A stretch of DNA of 64,000 bases from Octopus sinensis (Eukaryota), in assembly GCF_006345805.1 (NCBI RefSeq), contig NC_042998.1, positions 133,300,001 through 133,364,000 on the forward strand. Direction: 5' to 3'. A program made the translations under genes and the position numbers. The first letter of the stretch is position 1. Each line of letters begins with the position of its first letter. The notes below the pieces were generated by a model, which was not told the origin of the DNA, did not search any database, and worked only from the letters and a program-made list of their open reading frames with translations. Shown one piece after another: positions 37,634-50,675 of the stretch.

Positions 37634-39716
37634 TATAACAGACTTTATTAACATATCGTATTTTACAACAACCTCTGCTACCTTCTGCATAAGAACAAAT
37701 ATATATGCTCCTCCTGAATTATACTTAGTGTAAGACTATCAAACACAGAATTATTTAGTTCGCTTCAAAACACATTAGTGGCAATGCCTTGAATAATGTT
37801 GCATAGATACGTATACAATTGATTGACTTATAATGAAATTGAAGCAACCGGATGCAAATAAATACTACATCTTTGGATATCTATGCAGCACAAACACGTG
37901 TCAGACAGAGATTAAAAGTAAATGTATTGTATATAATGCAGTAATAAACAAGTTTTTGGTATGTATAATTCTCCATTCTCACATACACACACACATATAT
38001 ATATATATATGTATATATGTATGTGTGTTTGTGTGCGTGTGTGTATATATGTGTGTTTAAGTGTATTTAAGTATGTATTGCATCTTTGGACGGTCATTAT
38101 GCCACGAATCTACACACGCTCTGATTATATTTCACTTCTTTTATTATTATCGATGAAGTAGATAACCATTTAACCAACTGACTTAGCGAATTTTTCACTA
38201 TTCATTCAGTCAACCAATCAATCAATCAAACAGTTTCATCAGAGTCCTTTGATCGCCTTTACGTGATTGACTGATTGGCTGAAGGACTAATCAAACGATC
38301 GATTAGTAAATCAGTTAACTGGTTATCTATCTTTTATCTTTTACTTGTTTTAGTCTTTTATCTTCTACTTGTTACTTGTAACATATACACATGCATACGT
38401 AAATACATACGTAGACGCATACATACATACATATGCATACATACATACACGCATACGTACATTCACACATGCATATTTCTTTTATGGTCTGTTTATTATC
38501 TGTCAATCAAAATTTACCAACTTTCTCCATATTTATCTAGGTATCCTTTAGTATTTATTTCGAAATATATCTCTCTTTATTTCCTAACATGTGTATCTAT
38601 TATCTATCGATCAATTTATATGTCTTTCTATTAAATTATCTTTGAAAATCTGTTTCTCCTCTCTCTCCCACAACCCCCTCTATCTAACTATATCAATGTA
38701 GTGTTCGTGTGAGTGAGTTTATCAATACGGTTATCAAACATGTTAGTGGCACAATATCCATCAGATACGATCGAGATAATATTTCGAAAAAGAAGGGAAG
38801 TGAAAGTAGCGTAAATGTGTTCCCTCGAGGAAGCGGACAACTTTCAATAATTGTAATTTATTCTGATAAAAGTGTAGATTAGAAATCTACCTTAAACATT
38901 AATCATTTCATATATAAAAGAAACTCCTGGATCCTTAGAAAATTATATTATTCTGTTTAACTCCACTGCATATCAATTATACTCTGACACTGTTTCCAAA
39001 TTAAGGAAACCTCAACAAACAGAATTGACTTGAACGGAAATTCGGTATTCAGAAGGAAAACGGTATTCAGAATTTTTTTTTCAATGTAGCAAGCCAATTT
39101 AAAAGCTATCCAAGTTATATAAGATCATTTGAGAAATATATGTTATAACACATGAACACGAGTTATTTTACACCATTTGGCTCCTATGTTGAATATCTTC
39201 ATTAAACATTTTATAATTCTAGCATATGCATTCTTTATGATTTAGGTTTCAAAACAGAACATCAATAAATCTAGCGGCACACAAATGGATATCTCCCAAT
39301 AATAAAGCTTTGTACTATACTAATAGTGTCTCATTTTGAATTTGAAATATTCATTGATTAAGTGTAATTATAAAACTCAAATATATAAAATGATGGAGAA
39401 CATACAACAACAATAAACACAGTGCGTTGGATAGCGGAGAATAAAAGAAAAGAAAACAAGAATCATCACCGTTTCGAAATAGATCGAAAAATAAGGGTTA
39501 AATTAGGAGAAAACTAAATGATTAAGATTTCTAGCAAGAGCGAACGTCTCCAAACAGTAAGTCAGTTTTGAGACTGGAGGAGTTGTGTCACGAGAGCATC
39601 GTAGAGTTGGAAGGATCCAAAATCAGTATGCAATAGATTATCAAGTTCAAGTCTGCAGCATCACGCATCAGGCAAATGTTCTCTTAATAAGCGAACCTGA
39701 GACCTGTTTGCCTATA

Positions 39717-40336
39717 TTCCCTCTTCTCTGTCACGTGACTGTTGGCCGAAATCTGCCTTTCAGCTCCTGACCCTCGTCGTGTTAACATCGTTGTTTTTCG
39801 TCCGCCGCTATAAAGGCTTCTTCCAATGCGCCAGAGAGAAAAAATTTGTTTGCTTGTTATCAGTCGTAAGACACTTGTTGTTTTCACCGTTAATGCTTCT
39901 GTATTTCATGTTTCTGTATTCCATTATTGTTTTTTGTTCTTTTATATCTGTCCCTTTTGCTGTCCTGGTGTTCGTATGCATTCGATCCTTCTTCCAGGAA
40001 ATCTACGCTTCCAGCTTAGTTTTTCTAATGCTCGTTGCTTAGTTTTTCTTGGAGGGCTGGCCGTGATCTAGTAATCTCAAGATTAATCAGCCGAAATTAC
40101 TACGATGATCCGGTTCTTGACTGAAGACTGAGGGGTTCGAATGTCCTGTCCATGTTTATTGTGTCGTCTTCTAAGAGTTATACGTTCTTGTCCATGTTGT
40201 ATTTTTCTACATACCTTAACATATATTCCAGGCGCCCCGTACCCACCTTATCATTAATGTGAGCACATATTCTTAATAATTGGTACGACTCTCTTTTTGT
40301 CTCCCTCTCTCTCTCATTTTTACTTGATCTGTCCCC

Positions 40337-40367
<31 letters not shown>

Positions 40368-41046
40368 ACTCATCCTCTTTTTCTCTTCTCTTTACCCTCC
40401 TATTTCTTTGTCTCGCTCTGCACTCACAGGTCATTCTTCGACACCCATCCCTTCTCCTCTCTGATCCCTTCTTTCTCTCTCTTCTCTCTCTTTGTTGCGT
40501 TTTGTCCCTCGTCTCTCTCTCTCTTCCTTTGCTTCTCTTTCTTTTCTTTTCCCTCTTCTCTGTCACGTGACTGTTGGCCGAAATCTGCCTTTCAGCTCCT
40601 GACCCTCGTCGTGTTAACATCGTTGTTTTTCGTCCGCCGCTATAAAGGCTTCTTCCAATGCGCCAGAGAGAAAAAATTTGTTTGCTTGTTATCAGTCGTA
40701 AGACACTTGTTGTTTTCACCGTTAATGCTTCTGTATTTCATGTTTCTGTATTCCATTATGTTTTTTGTTCTTTTATATCTGTCCCTTTTGCTGTCCTGGT
40801 GTTCGTATGCATTCGATCCTTCTTCCAGGAAATCTACGCTTCCAGCTTAGTTTTTCTAATGCTCGTTGCTTAGTTTTTCTTGGAGGGCTGGCCGTGATCT
40901 AGTAATCTCAAGATTAATCAGCCGAAATTACTACGATGATCCGGTTCTTGACTGAAGACTGAGGGGTTCGAATGTCCTGTCCATGTTTATTGTGTCGTCT
41001 TCTAAGAGTTATACGTTCTTGTCCATGTTGTATTTTTCTACATACC

Positions 41047-41050
<4 letters not shown>
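39717..41050. repeat. Near-identical direct duplication (39717-40219 and 40549-41050); diverged partial relative at about 44640-44790
   Basis: The two ~503-bp blocks read identically apart from one indel I could see. Confidence 0.9.
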
Positions 41051-41086
<36 letters not shown>

Positions 41087-41100
41087 TATACATATATATG

Positions 41101-41470
41101 TGGAGGCGCAATGGCCCAGTGGTTAGGGCAGCGGACTCGCGGTCATAGGACCGCGGTTTCGATTCCCAGACCGGGCGTTGTGAGTGTTTATTGAGCGACG
41201 CTCCACGACGCTCCGGCAGGGGATGGTTGTGATCCCTGCTGTACTCTTTCACCACAACTTTCTCTCACTCTTACTTCCTGTTTCTGTTGTACCTGTATTT
41301 CAAAGGGCCGGCCTTGTCACTCTCTGTGTCATGCTGAATATCCCCGAGAACTACGTTAAGGGTACACGTGTCTGTGGAGTGCTCAGCCACTTACACGTTA
41401 ATTTCACGAGCAGGGTGTTCCGTTGATTCGGATCAACCGGAACCCTCGTCGTCGTAACCGACGGAGTGCT
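41101..41470 (+). mobile_element. tRNA-derived SINE family C
   Basis: A box tggcccagtgg, B box ggtttcgattcc, tRNA-like head followed by a ~290-nt body, flanked by (TA)n. Confidence 0.8.
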
Positions 41471-41535
41471 TCCATACATATATATATATATATATATATA
41501 TAGATATATATATATATATATGTATGTATGTATAT

Positions 41536-41622
41536 ATATACTAAAATTGGAACGATACCGAGAAGATTAGCATGGCCCCTGCGCCAGGATGACACGCAAA
41601 TTTGTGAAGCGTTCCATATTTT
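41536..41622 (+). pseudogene. U6: U6 snRNA retrocopy (about nt 20-106 of U6)
   Basis: atatactaaaattggaacgataccgagaagattagcatggcccctgcgccaggatgacacgcaaatttgtgaagcgttccatatttt differs from the recalled metazoan U6 at 3 sites, including ACAGAGA to ACCGAGA. Confidence 0.95.
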
Positions 41623-41685
41623 AAAATGCGGCGCTCCAGCATGGCCTCAGTCAAATGACTGAAACAAGTAAAAGAATAAAAGAAT
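41623..41685 (+). mobile_element. Extreme 3' tail of SINE B fused to U6
   Basis: gcggcgctccagcatggcctcagtcaaatgactgaaacaagtaaaagaataaaagaat matches the tails at about 31115-31160 and 34645-34695. Confidence 0.9.
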
Positions 41686-41956
41686 CTATATGATATGCAT
41701 ATCGATATACACACACACATATATATAATATACATATACATACACATACATACATATTGTATATAAGTATATATGTATATATATAAGTCAATTAGAAGAT
41801 ATATTAATCTCTTAAAGGGATGATTACATCCAAGAAAACATTGGTTCTATACCTAATATTTGGGGGAAATAAAATTTCACTAGATCAATAGGTTATGCAT
41901 ATAATCAGTATTCAATTAATAGACGAAAAGAATACGGAGTGTTGAAAGTTAAGAAC

Positions 41957-42215
41957 TATTTATTAATAAAGTGATACTAGATACTTCCTATAGCTGTTCC
42001 AATTGCGTGGTACAAATTTTGTTTCAAATAAATTTGCATTTATAAAACATGGGAAAAATATCATCTGTTAAATGAATATACAATAACAGATTATATGCTG
42101 ACCTCTTAGTTCATACCGGCAGACTAAATATGTTTAAAGTAGAAATTTGTAATTTATTTAATGAGCACAATTGAAACAGCTGTAGGAAGTATGAAGTATC
42201 ACTTTATTAATAGAC
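41957..42215. repeat. Imperfect inverted repeat (~55-bp arms)
   Basis: ttaataaagtgatactagatacttcctatagctgttccaattg pairs with caattgaaacagctgtaggaagtatgaagtatcactttattaa. Confidence 0.75.
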
Positions 42216-42296
42216 AATTATTATCTTTCAACTCTCCATTTTCTTTTCCTCCTCTATTAATTGAATACTGATTTTATATATGTATATATATATATA

Positions 42297-42337
<41 letters not shown>

Positions 42338-42394
42338 ATATATATATATATATATATATATACATCCATGCATACATATATATATATATATATA

Positions 42395-42401
42395 TATAGA
42401 T

Positions 42402-42438
<37 letters not shown>

Positions 42439-42475
42439 CAGTTAGATAGATAGATAGATAGATAGATAGACAGAC

Positions 42476-42572
<97 letters not shown>
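42395..42572 (+). repeat. (GATA)n/(GACA) microsatellite
   Basis: Direct reading. Confidence 0.95.
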
Positions 42573-43048
42573 TGGCGCCGAGAAAAATTGTATTTTATGT
42601 AAGAAATTATTCTTGGAAATACGAGTGAAATGGTCAGCGAATTGCAACTTCGACCTAGGTGCGTTCACTGAGAGGACATGGAGATCAAGAAGAAGCTGAT
42701 GATTCTGATTATTTGTGACACGAAAGAATGATTAAATTAAGAGGTTAAATAAATGGCTAGATGGCAATAAGCGTAGACATTTAACGATTATGAAGGCAGG
42801 TATGAGTATATTGTGAGTTACCGGTATAGATTGATAGCGTAAATGATTGAGACGCTGCAGATAATAACTGCAATGTAGTGGATTAAATGTAAGAAGGGGA
42901 AAAAGAATTAGCTTAATAATAATGAACAAGATCATTTTCGTTTGCAATTAATTTACGTATATTCCTGTTTCTTCATCTCAGTTTTCTTAATTTATATTGC
43001 TTTTACACCTTGATTGCAAAGTTCTGTTTCATTAATATTATTAATAAT

Positions 43049-43235
43049 TATAGTGGTCGTATACTGTCAACTCAATATGACAGTCCCGTAAGGAAATTAC
43101 ACCACCACCAAATATAAGGACACAGAAAATGTGTCAAAGCCGACAGGAGACGTCGATGTTTCCTAGGGCTAAATGGCGGTGGTATAATTCCCTTACGGGA
43201 CTGTCATATTGAGTTGACAGTATACGACCACTATA
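43049..43235. mobile_element. Young MITE-like foldback with 45-bp perfect terminal inverted repeats
   Basis: tatagtggtcgtatactgtcaactcaatatgacagtcccgtaagg (43049-43093) is the exact reverse complement of 43191-43235. Confidence 0.8.
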
Positions 43236-43994
43236 TCGCTTCACCACCGCTTATGTCTCCCTGAGACAGTTAGAAATTCAATATTTCTAATATTAATAAC
43301 TAGTTATCAATGTATGTTATTATTTTTGTGTGGACCAAGGTCAACTCTGATAAAGCAAGCCTGTGGTCAAGAGTTAGTACAGTCATGAACACCACGTCTT
43401 CATTAGACATATCTCCTTTAAATCAAAACTCACCGTCCAACATAAATTACATATTAAATAATGCAGATCTGGATTTTTTTTAAGATTACAACTGGAGCGA
43501 TTTTGATCAGTGTTTTGTTCAATTAGCTCTTCCCTGATGTTAAACCACATCAACAAAAAACAGCAATGGCAATAATAATAACACCACCGCCACCACTACC
43601 ATCATCATCATGATCATCATCATTATCACAATCAAGAACTCTAGCAATATTCGAAGACAAGATATAGATCTTCTGCAAGTACTTGCGAAATCACTTTCAT
43701 ATCAATGCAGGATCACACTGGGCCTTTTCGATTGGAGTTGCGTCTTTATTTGCACCAGAGTCAACAGCCACCACCGCTATCAGTACCAACTCCATAACCG
43801 CCAACACCAACATTACAATCAGCATCGTCATGGTCATCATTATCATCGCCACCGCCACCACACAAACAGCATCACCATCATCATCATCATCATCATCATC
43901 AATCGTATCATCATCAATCGTCATCATCATCATTATCATCAATACCATCATAACCATCATTATCGTCAACACCATTATCATCATCATCGTCTAT

Positions 43995-44112
43995 CAAAAC
44001 CACTCACAAGTCTTAGGTCGGCCCGAGGCTGTAGTAGAAGACACTTGCCCAAGGTGCCATGCAGTGGGACTGAACTCGGATCTATGCGGTTGGTAAGCAA
44101 ACTGCTTACCGC
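43995..44112 (-). mobile_element. SINE B 5' fragment
   Basis: cactcacaagtc..ggtcggcccgaggctgtagtagaagacacttgcccaaggtgcca. Confidence 0.8.
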
Positions 44113-44804
44113 ACGAAGCAACTTGCAAGTTCGGCATAGTGCGCTCAGCTCCAAATGAAGAGTGCAAAATGTAAATAAGAACAAGGATGTACAGGTGTCA
44201 AACATTATAGCCGTTTCAAGCGGTTCTATTTTATTGATCAATGAAAACATTACATCAATTTGAAAGACGCCGCTCTCTTCTTTTGCTGATCACCATATAG
44301 ATTTCAAACAGAGATTTTTTACAAATTTACATCAATAATAGAAACCAAAATAGTTACATTGTTTTCTTATGTTATATCTGTGGCAGAATGATTTTAGAAA
44401 ATGATGCATATCTTACTAAACTTACTATAAAATAGTGCCTATCTTACTAAGCCTATTATAATTCAGAGAGTAGAATATATATATATATGGGGCGTGTGAT
44501 AATTGTATCTCTGCCGTAAGGCTTCATTTCCACACACACCAGCTTAATTCAATTTCTTCTTAGTGGAAAGACACCTGTTGTTATGTCCTGTTATTATTTT
44601 TATTGAATTTATTATTGTATTTGGTAACTTTATCCGTTTCTTCCGTCTTTCTTCTAAAGAATCTAATGCTCTTAGCTTAGTTTTCCCTTGGGGCTGGCCA
44701 GATTGGAGCGATCTCAAGAATAATCATCCGAAATTGCGAGGATAATCTGGTTCTTGACTGAGGATAGAGGGCTTCGAATGATCCGTCCTTGTCCTATTTT
44801 ATAT

Positions 44805-44865
<61 letters not shown>

Positions 44866-45141
44866 CATGTGTGTAAGTATGCATGTATGTATATATTTTT
44901 GTGTGTATATGTTATGTATATATCGTCTATATATGTCTATGAATGTGCATGCATGCACACATATTCATATATATATATACATGCATTCAAACGTGCACTG
45001 AGTACTCTTCATAATACGTAGGTATACATAAATATCTAAAGTTATCTCTACTTACGCATGTGCGAATATCACCAAATTACATAGATGTACGTGTTTCCGT
45101 GTGCGTGCGTACACATACACATACATTCACACAATCGTATG

Positions 45142-45173
<32 letters not shown>

Positions 45174-45224
45174 TGTATGTATGTATGTATGTGTGTATGT
45201 ATGTATGTATGTATGTATGTATTA

Positions 45225-45775
45225 TGTCAGGTCACTTTCGAGTGCTACTGGTAACATGTAACCCAGTACAACCTGTTGCATGGTCGGGTCGACTAAACCG
45301 GCAACCCCACCAGGCTTGCTTGGTGAGGAGGGTGTTTACTGGACACCCTGCGGAATGAAAGACAAAACCCGTCAAAGGGCGGAGGAACTCTTGAGAGTCA
45401 ACGGCCATCCAATAAATGTCTTAAGGCTCTATCTTGCGCGGAGACATAGAAATAATCGGACTGAATACCCAATCGCGCGGTTAAACCATTGGGAGTGAAG
45501 GACTCCAAGCCTTTGTCAGGGCATCCCTCCATGAGAAGGTAACTCAGATAACTGGGATAACTCCGACATAAAATCTGCGGCTCAGTGGTTACCGATGATG
45601 TTGACTTGTTCTTCTTTTCGGATTATGGCTGTTGTTGCTTAGTGAGTGAGATTGACTCAGTGCACAGCCTTTCCTCACTTTTAAAAAAATCTTCTTGGAG
45701 AGGCATTGCACGATAACAACATTGATTAAGCTTCGTGCAATGACCATACTTGATAACGAGGGGGCAGCCACCATA
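45225..45775 (+). mobile_element. Non-coding RTE-like retroposon (5'UTR-like part plus 3' end, (TATG)n tail)
   Basis: GC-rich structured 5' part, WRGIAR* near the 3' end and a (TATG)n tail; family assignment is by recollection only. Confidence 0.45.
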
Positions 45776-46825
45776 TATACATATATGTATATATATATGT
45801 ATGCATGTATGTATGCATGTATGTATGTATGTATGTATGTATGTATGTATGTATGTATGTATGTATGTATGCATGTATGTATGCATGTATGTATGTATGT
45901 AGTATGTATGTATGTATGTATGTATATGTATGTATGTATGTACATATAAGGATTGCCTTAAGTCGTTTTACCCATTCCATTATTATTATTAGAAATGGTT
46001 AAAGCGACTTATGGCCATCTCTGTATAAGTATATTTATACATAATCGTGTAGAAGAAAATGTCCTGTAATTATGTGAGCGGAGATAATTGTATTCAGTCT
46101 CAGATAAATGACATATGTGACATAACGAGGTTTTAAAATTTTGAAAGGAAGTAATAAAATGTATCAATAATGCTAATATGTCCTGTTATAGAATAATTAA
46201 CATCCTAATGAACTATGATGTATAAGCTTATTTTTGTGTCTGTACGTATGTGTGTGCGTCTGAGTATGTGTTTGTGTGTGTCTGTGTAGAGTATGCATAT
46301 TTATATTAACTTTTAACTTGCCAATGATTGAGAGCATGAATTTGAACATAGTAACGATTCGGAAGCTGTGATGTGTTATATAATTGTTTGCATTATAGTT
46401 AAAAGATTAAACACGAAAATATAGTGCGAGAGTGAAGATGTAGTAGATAGAAAGTTTGAGAGAGAGAGAGAGAGGAATTGTGAAAGAGAGAGAAATCGTG
46501 AGAGATGGGGAAGAGAGAATCAGGATGAAGAGGAAAGAAAGATTGAAGGAGACAGAGATTGCGAAAGTTAAGTTATGTATGAAAATATGTAGCCAACCGG
46601 ATAAGCACGAATGCGGTCGGACAACCAGGCGTAAGCAGATAAGTTGAAAGAGAAGAGACTACGGAAGAGTAATAGAGAAACTAGAAGGACAATAGCATTT
46701 GAAAGAAATAGGAAAAATGAGTTCAACAGAATTGGAACAGAAGAAGGAATGAAGGAGAGAAATGAAGAAAGGAAGGAAATGAGAAAGGAAGAAACAATAT
46801 GTAAATCACTGAAAATCAGTGAATG

Positions 46826-46982
46826 AATGTTTGAATGATTAGCTGAATGAGATAGAAACTCTAAGAGAAGATTCTACGCGTGCGCATGGTAATTTATTGA
46901 TTGCATGCGTACAGACAGACAGACAGACACACATACATACATGCATATATATATACATATATAATATATGTGTGTGTGTGTA

Positions 46983-47032
<50 letters not shown>

Positions 47033-47258
47033 TATATATATATACATGCATATATACATATATATACATGTATAATATATATGTGTGTGTGTGTATATAT
47101 ATATATACATACACACACACACATATATTATATATGTATATATATATATATGTATGTGTGTCTGTCTGTCTGTCTGTACGCACGCAATCAATAAATTACC
47201 ATGCGCACGCGTAGAATCTTCTCTAGAGTTTCTATCTCATTCAGCTAATCATTCAAAC

Positions 47259-47261
<3 letters not shown>
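46826..47261. repeat. Near-perfect inverted duplication centred on (TA)n
   Basis: The ~95-bp non-repetitive part of the arms differs at about 2 positions, and the flanking microsatellites are mirrored too. Confidence 0.9.
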
Positions 47262-47326
<65 letters not shown>

Positions 47327-49838
47327 TAAACATATCTATGCACATGAATGTATATGGATATACATAAACACATATATATTACACACGTGTAGCATATATA
47401 ATCAGAGAGAGAGAAAAGAGAAAGAGATGGAGCTGTTTGAAGGACAGATGGGACAAAACGGTAAATGATACAGAACATAAGAGTAAAAGTGTTTTTAATA
47501 GAGAAGGTGAAGAATGCACAGCATGTGAGAAAGTGCGAGAGAGAAAAAGAGAGACAGAGACAGAGAATAGAGCAAGAAAGAAAGAAAGAAAGAAAGAACA
47601 GGAAGGAAGGTGTATGGAGTGGGACAAAGTATTGTTTGTTCGAGAAACAAATATGCTAGAAACTAAATATTGAATGCAAAATGAGTCGAAGTGAAGGGAA
47701 TAAAATAAGAGAAATAAAGAGAATGAACATTTATTTAATTAGTTAAAAACAAACATTGATCCGATATTTGATAATGAGAAATTCAATTTGAATGATTACT
47801 AAACATTAAAAATCAATTTCATTTTCTTTGAAGATATTTTACTAAATTTCTTGTTTGATGTTTTTATTATTATTTTTTTTTTCTTTTTACTTTTGTTGAT
47901 ACTGTCAAAGTTGACTTACTGTTTAAAGGATTGGTTATTGTCAGTTCAAGAGTTCAGTTAGAAATCTAGCGTTGAATTAAACGGTTGAACTATGAACTAA
48001 CCTGTGCAAACTTTCGTTTGTGGCTGCTCTAAGAGATTCTTCGTTAAAAGATAGAAAGAATATGAAATATGTCTACCATATATAAAATCAATCCAGATTT
48101 AACTATTATACACTTATCTTCAAAACAAATATCTCCTCTTTATAAGAGTATAAAGACAGCCTACTCAAAAGATACCTGTAAATAGATATCCTAAACCATT
48201 TTCAAACCGCATTAAACAACCATTTTGTTCACTATTGCGGCAATTGGCGGAGTATAGGTAATAATTATGTAGTGTGGAGAGATTTTGACTGTCGTTAAAT
48301 CCACGCATGGCGCAAATTCTCATGATTCGAAATGAATAAATGAGAATGTCAGTTTGTGGTCTAACAAACTATTAGAAATGACTATGAAATCGCTGCCAAA
48401 TGTACCATGACGCCATCTTAAAGAAGAAAGGAAAGACAAATTCGATAATGTATGTCTACTTAAATTTTGCGTGCAAAAATAAACAAATAAATAAATTTAA
48501 AAAAACCGATTTGTTCATGGTTGGAACACCTAAGTCTATTTACCATAGATTTAATCAATCAGGGCTGAAGTACAGCGTAGTAACTATGGCTGTTTCGCGT
48601 ACCCACTACTGTTATTGCTCAGTATATTTAAAGCATAAAGCGCATGTTTTTTCACGACTTCATTGAATTGATTCTTCATATGTATGTATTACATATATCT
48701 GTATGTATTTATATGAATATGATAGAGAGAGAGAGAGAGAGAGTGAGAGAGAGGAGGGAGGAAGGAAGAGAGAAAGAAAAAAGAAAGAGAGAAAAGAGAG
48801 AAAGAGCGGGAGAGACATCCATAGCCTTGCAAGTCTTTCTAAACGCTACTGAATCGGTATTAACTTAAGATAAAATTTGCATAATGGGGTTTCTAAAATA
48901 ATACAATTTGCTAATTCTGTTTTGCGTAAGGCTAAAAGTATAGTATAATCTGTTCTTGGATAAGACATTACTCTTTCCTACGTAAATCTTCTTTCAATCC
49001 AGATAGTAATCATACTGAATACTGTTAGTCCAGAAAAAAGAAAACGTGGATTTCATAAAAACGGCACTACTTTCAACAGTGAATTGGACCAGATGATTAT
49101 CCCACAGCCGAATCTAACTGTAATTATCATATATTGATATGTTTTTATATATCTCGCGAGCAGCTAGCAATTTTAGGGGTATGGGATTAGTCTAATACTT
49201 GACTGATACTTTATTTTATCCACCCTGAGAAGATAAATAGCAAAGTCGATCCCAGTGGGATTTTAACTTAAAAGAGCCGGAACAAATACCGCAAAACATT
49301 TTGTCCGACACCCTCACAATTCTGGTAATCCACCTCCCTGAGTAACAATAATAATGACAGTAATTAAAAGGCCTAGAAAGAAGTCATATTCACAGCATTC
49401 TAATGCGAGACTAAATACGTCATCAAGTCTTTCATGGCACTAAAATGCATCATTCTTCTGAAATTCTTACTTTGACAATGATTTCTTGTAACAGCTCAAA
49501 ACAACATCAGCCGTACCATTGTAACCTAGTTATATCAACCAAATCGTAGTGATGAGGGTGGTGAGAAACTAATGAGATTATTTTCTCAGACCCTTTGAAA
49601 GACAAAAAGAAATAAAGGAACTACGTTTAGATAGATATTTGTGAAATAAATTGACTGTCATGAAAACCTTCATCTGTCTTCAGGAGCTGACTGAGAATCA
49701 ATACAGTTTAAATAGATAGATGTCATCATAGACGCCATATATTCGCGTGTGAGTTCGTGCTTGCATGTGTGTGTTTCTGACTGTGTCTATGTGTGTGCGT
49801 ATGTATACTTATATATACGCACACATCCATATATGTGT

Positions 49839-49928
<90 letters not shown>

Positions 49929-50067
49929 GCATGTGAATCTATACTGTATATAAATATGTATATATATATATATTTATATATGTATATATATATATACATA
50001 TATATCCATGTATATATATATATACATATATATGTATATATACATATATATATGTGTATATATATAT

Positions 50068-50134
50068 ACGTACATCTGTATGTTGTTTACACACTCGTTT
50101 TCGTCTTTTGTTTTTTTTTTGTAAATTGTCACTT

Positions 50135-50186
<52 letters not shown>

Positions 50187-50243
50187 CGTGTATATATATA
50201 TATATACGTGTATATATATATACATATATATAATATAATATAC

Positions 50244-50274
<31 letters not shown>

Positions 50275-50375
50275 CATATATTATACATATAATATACATA
50301 TATATGCATATATATGTACATATTTATATACAAATACATATATGCATCAATTTATATTAAATATATATATATATA

Positions 50376-50410
<35 letters not shown>

Positions 50411-50559
50411 CGTGTATATATATATACATATATATATGTGTATATATATATATATATATACACGTATATATATATATATATGTATATATATAGATATATA
50501 TATATATATTATATATATATATATATTATAAACATTATTGGTGAATTGAGGAAATGGAG

Positions 50560-50611
<52 letters not shown>

Positions 50612-50675
50612 AAGTGACAATTTACAAAAAAACAAAAGACGAAAACGGGTGTGTAAACAACATACAGATGTACGT
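50068..50675. repeat. Inverted repeat (50068-50135 and 50611-50675) with a PLE-terminus fragment at 50531-50563
   Basis: The arms are reverse complements; 50531-50563 matches 8790-8822 with 1 mismatch. Confidence 0.8.

Noticed and set aside
40110-40150. ctgaaga...ttcgaatgtc in the duplicated block
   Set aside because: It lacks GAAAC and a credible stem II
41466-41470. gtgct as the displaced 5' start of U6
   Set aside because: A 5-nt match that fits the end of SINE C equally well; the rest of the U6 5' stem-loop is absent
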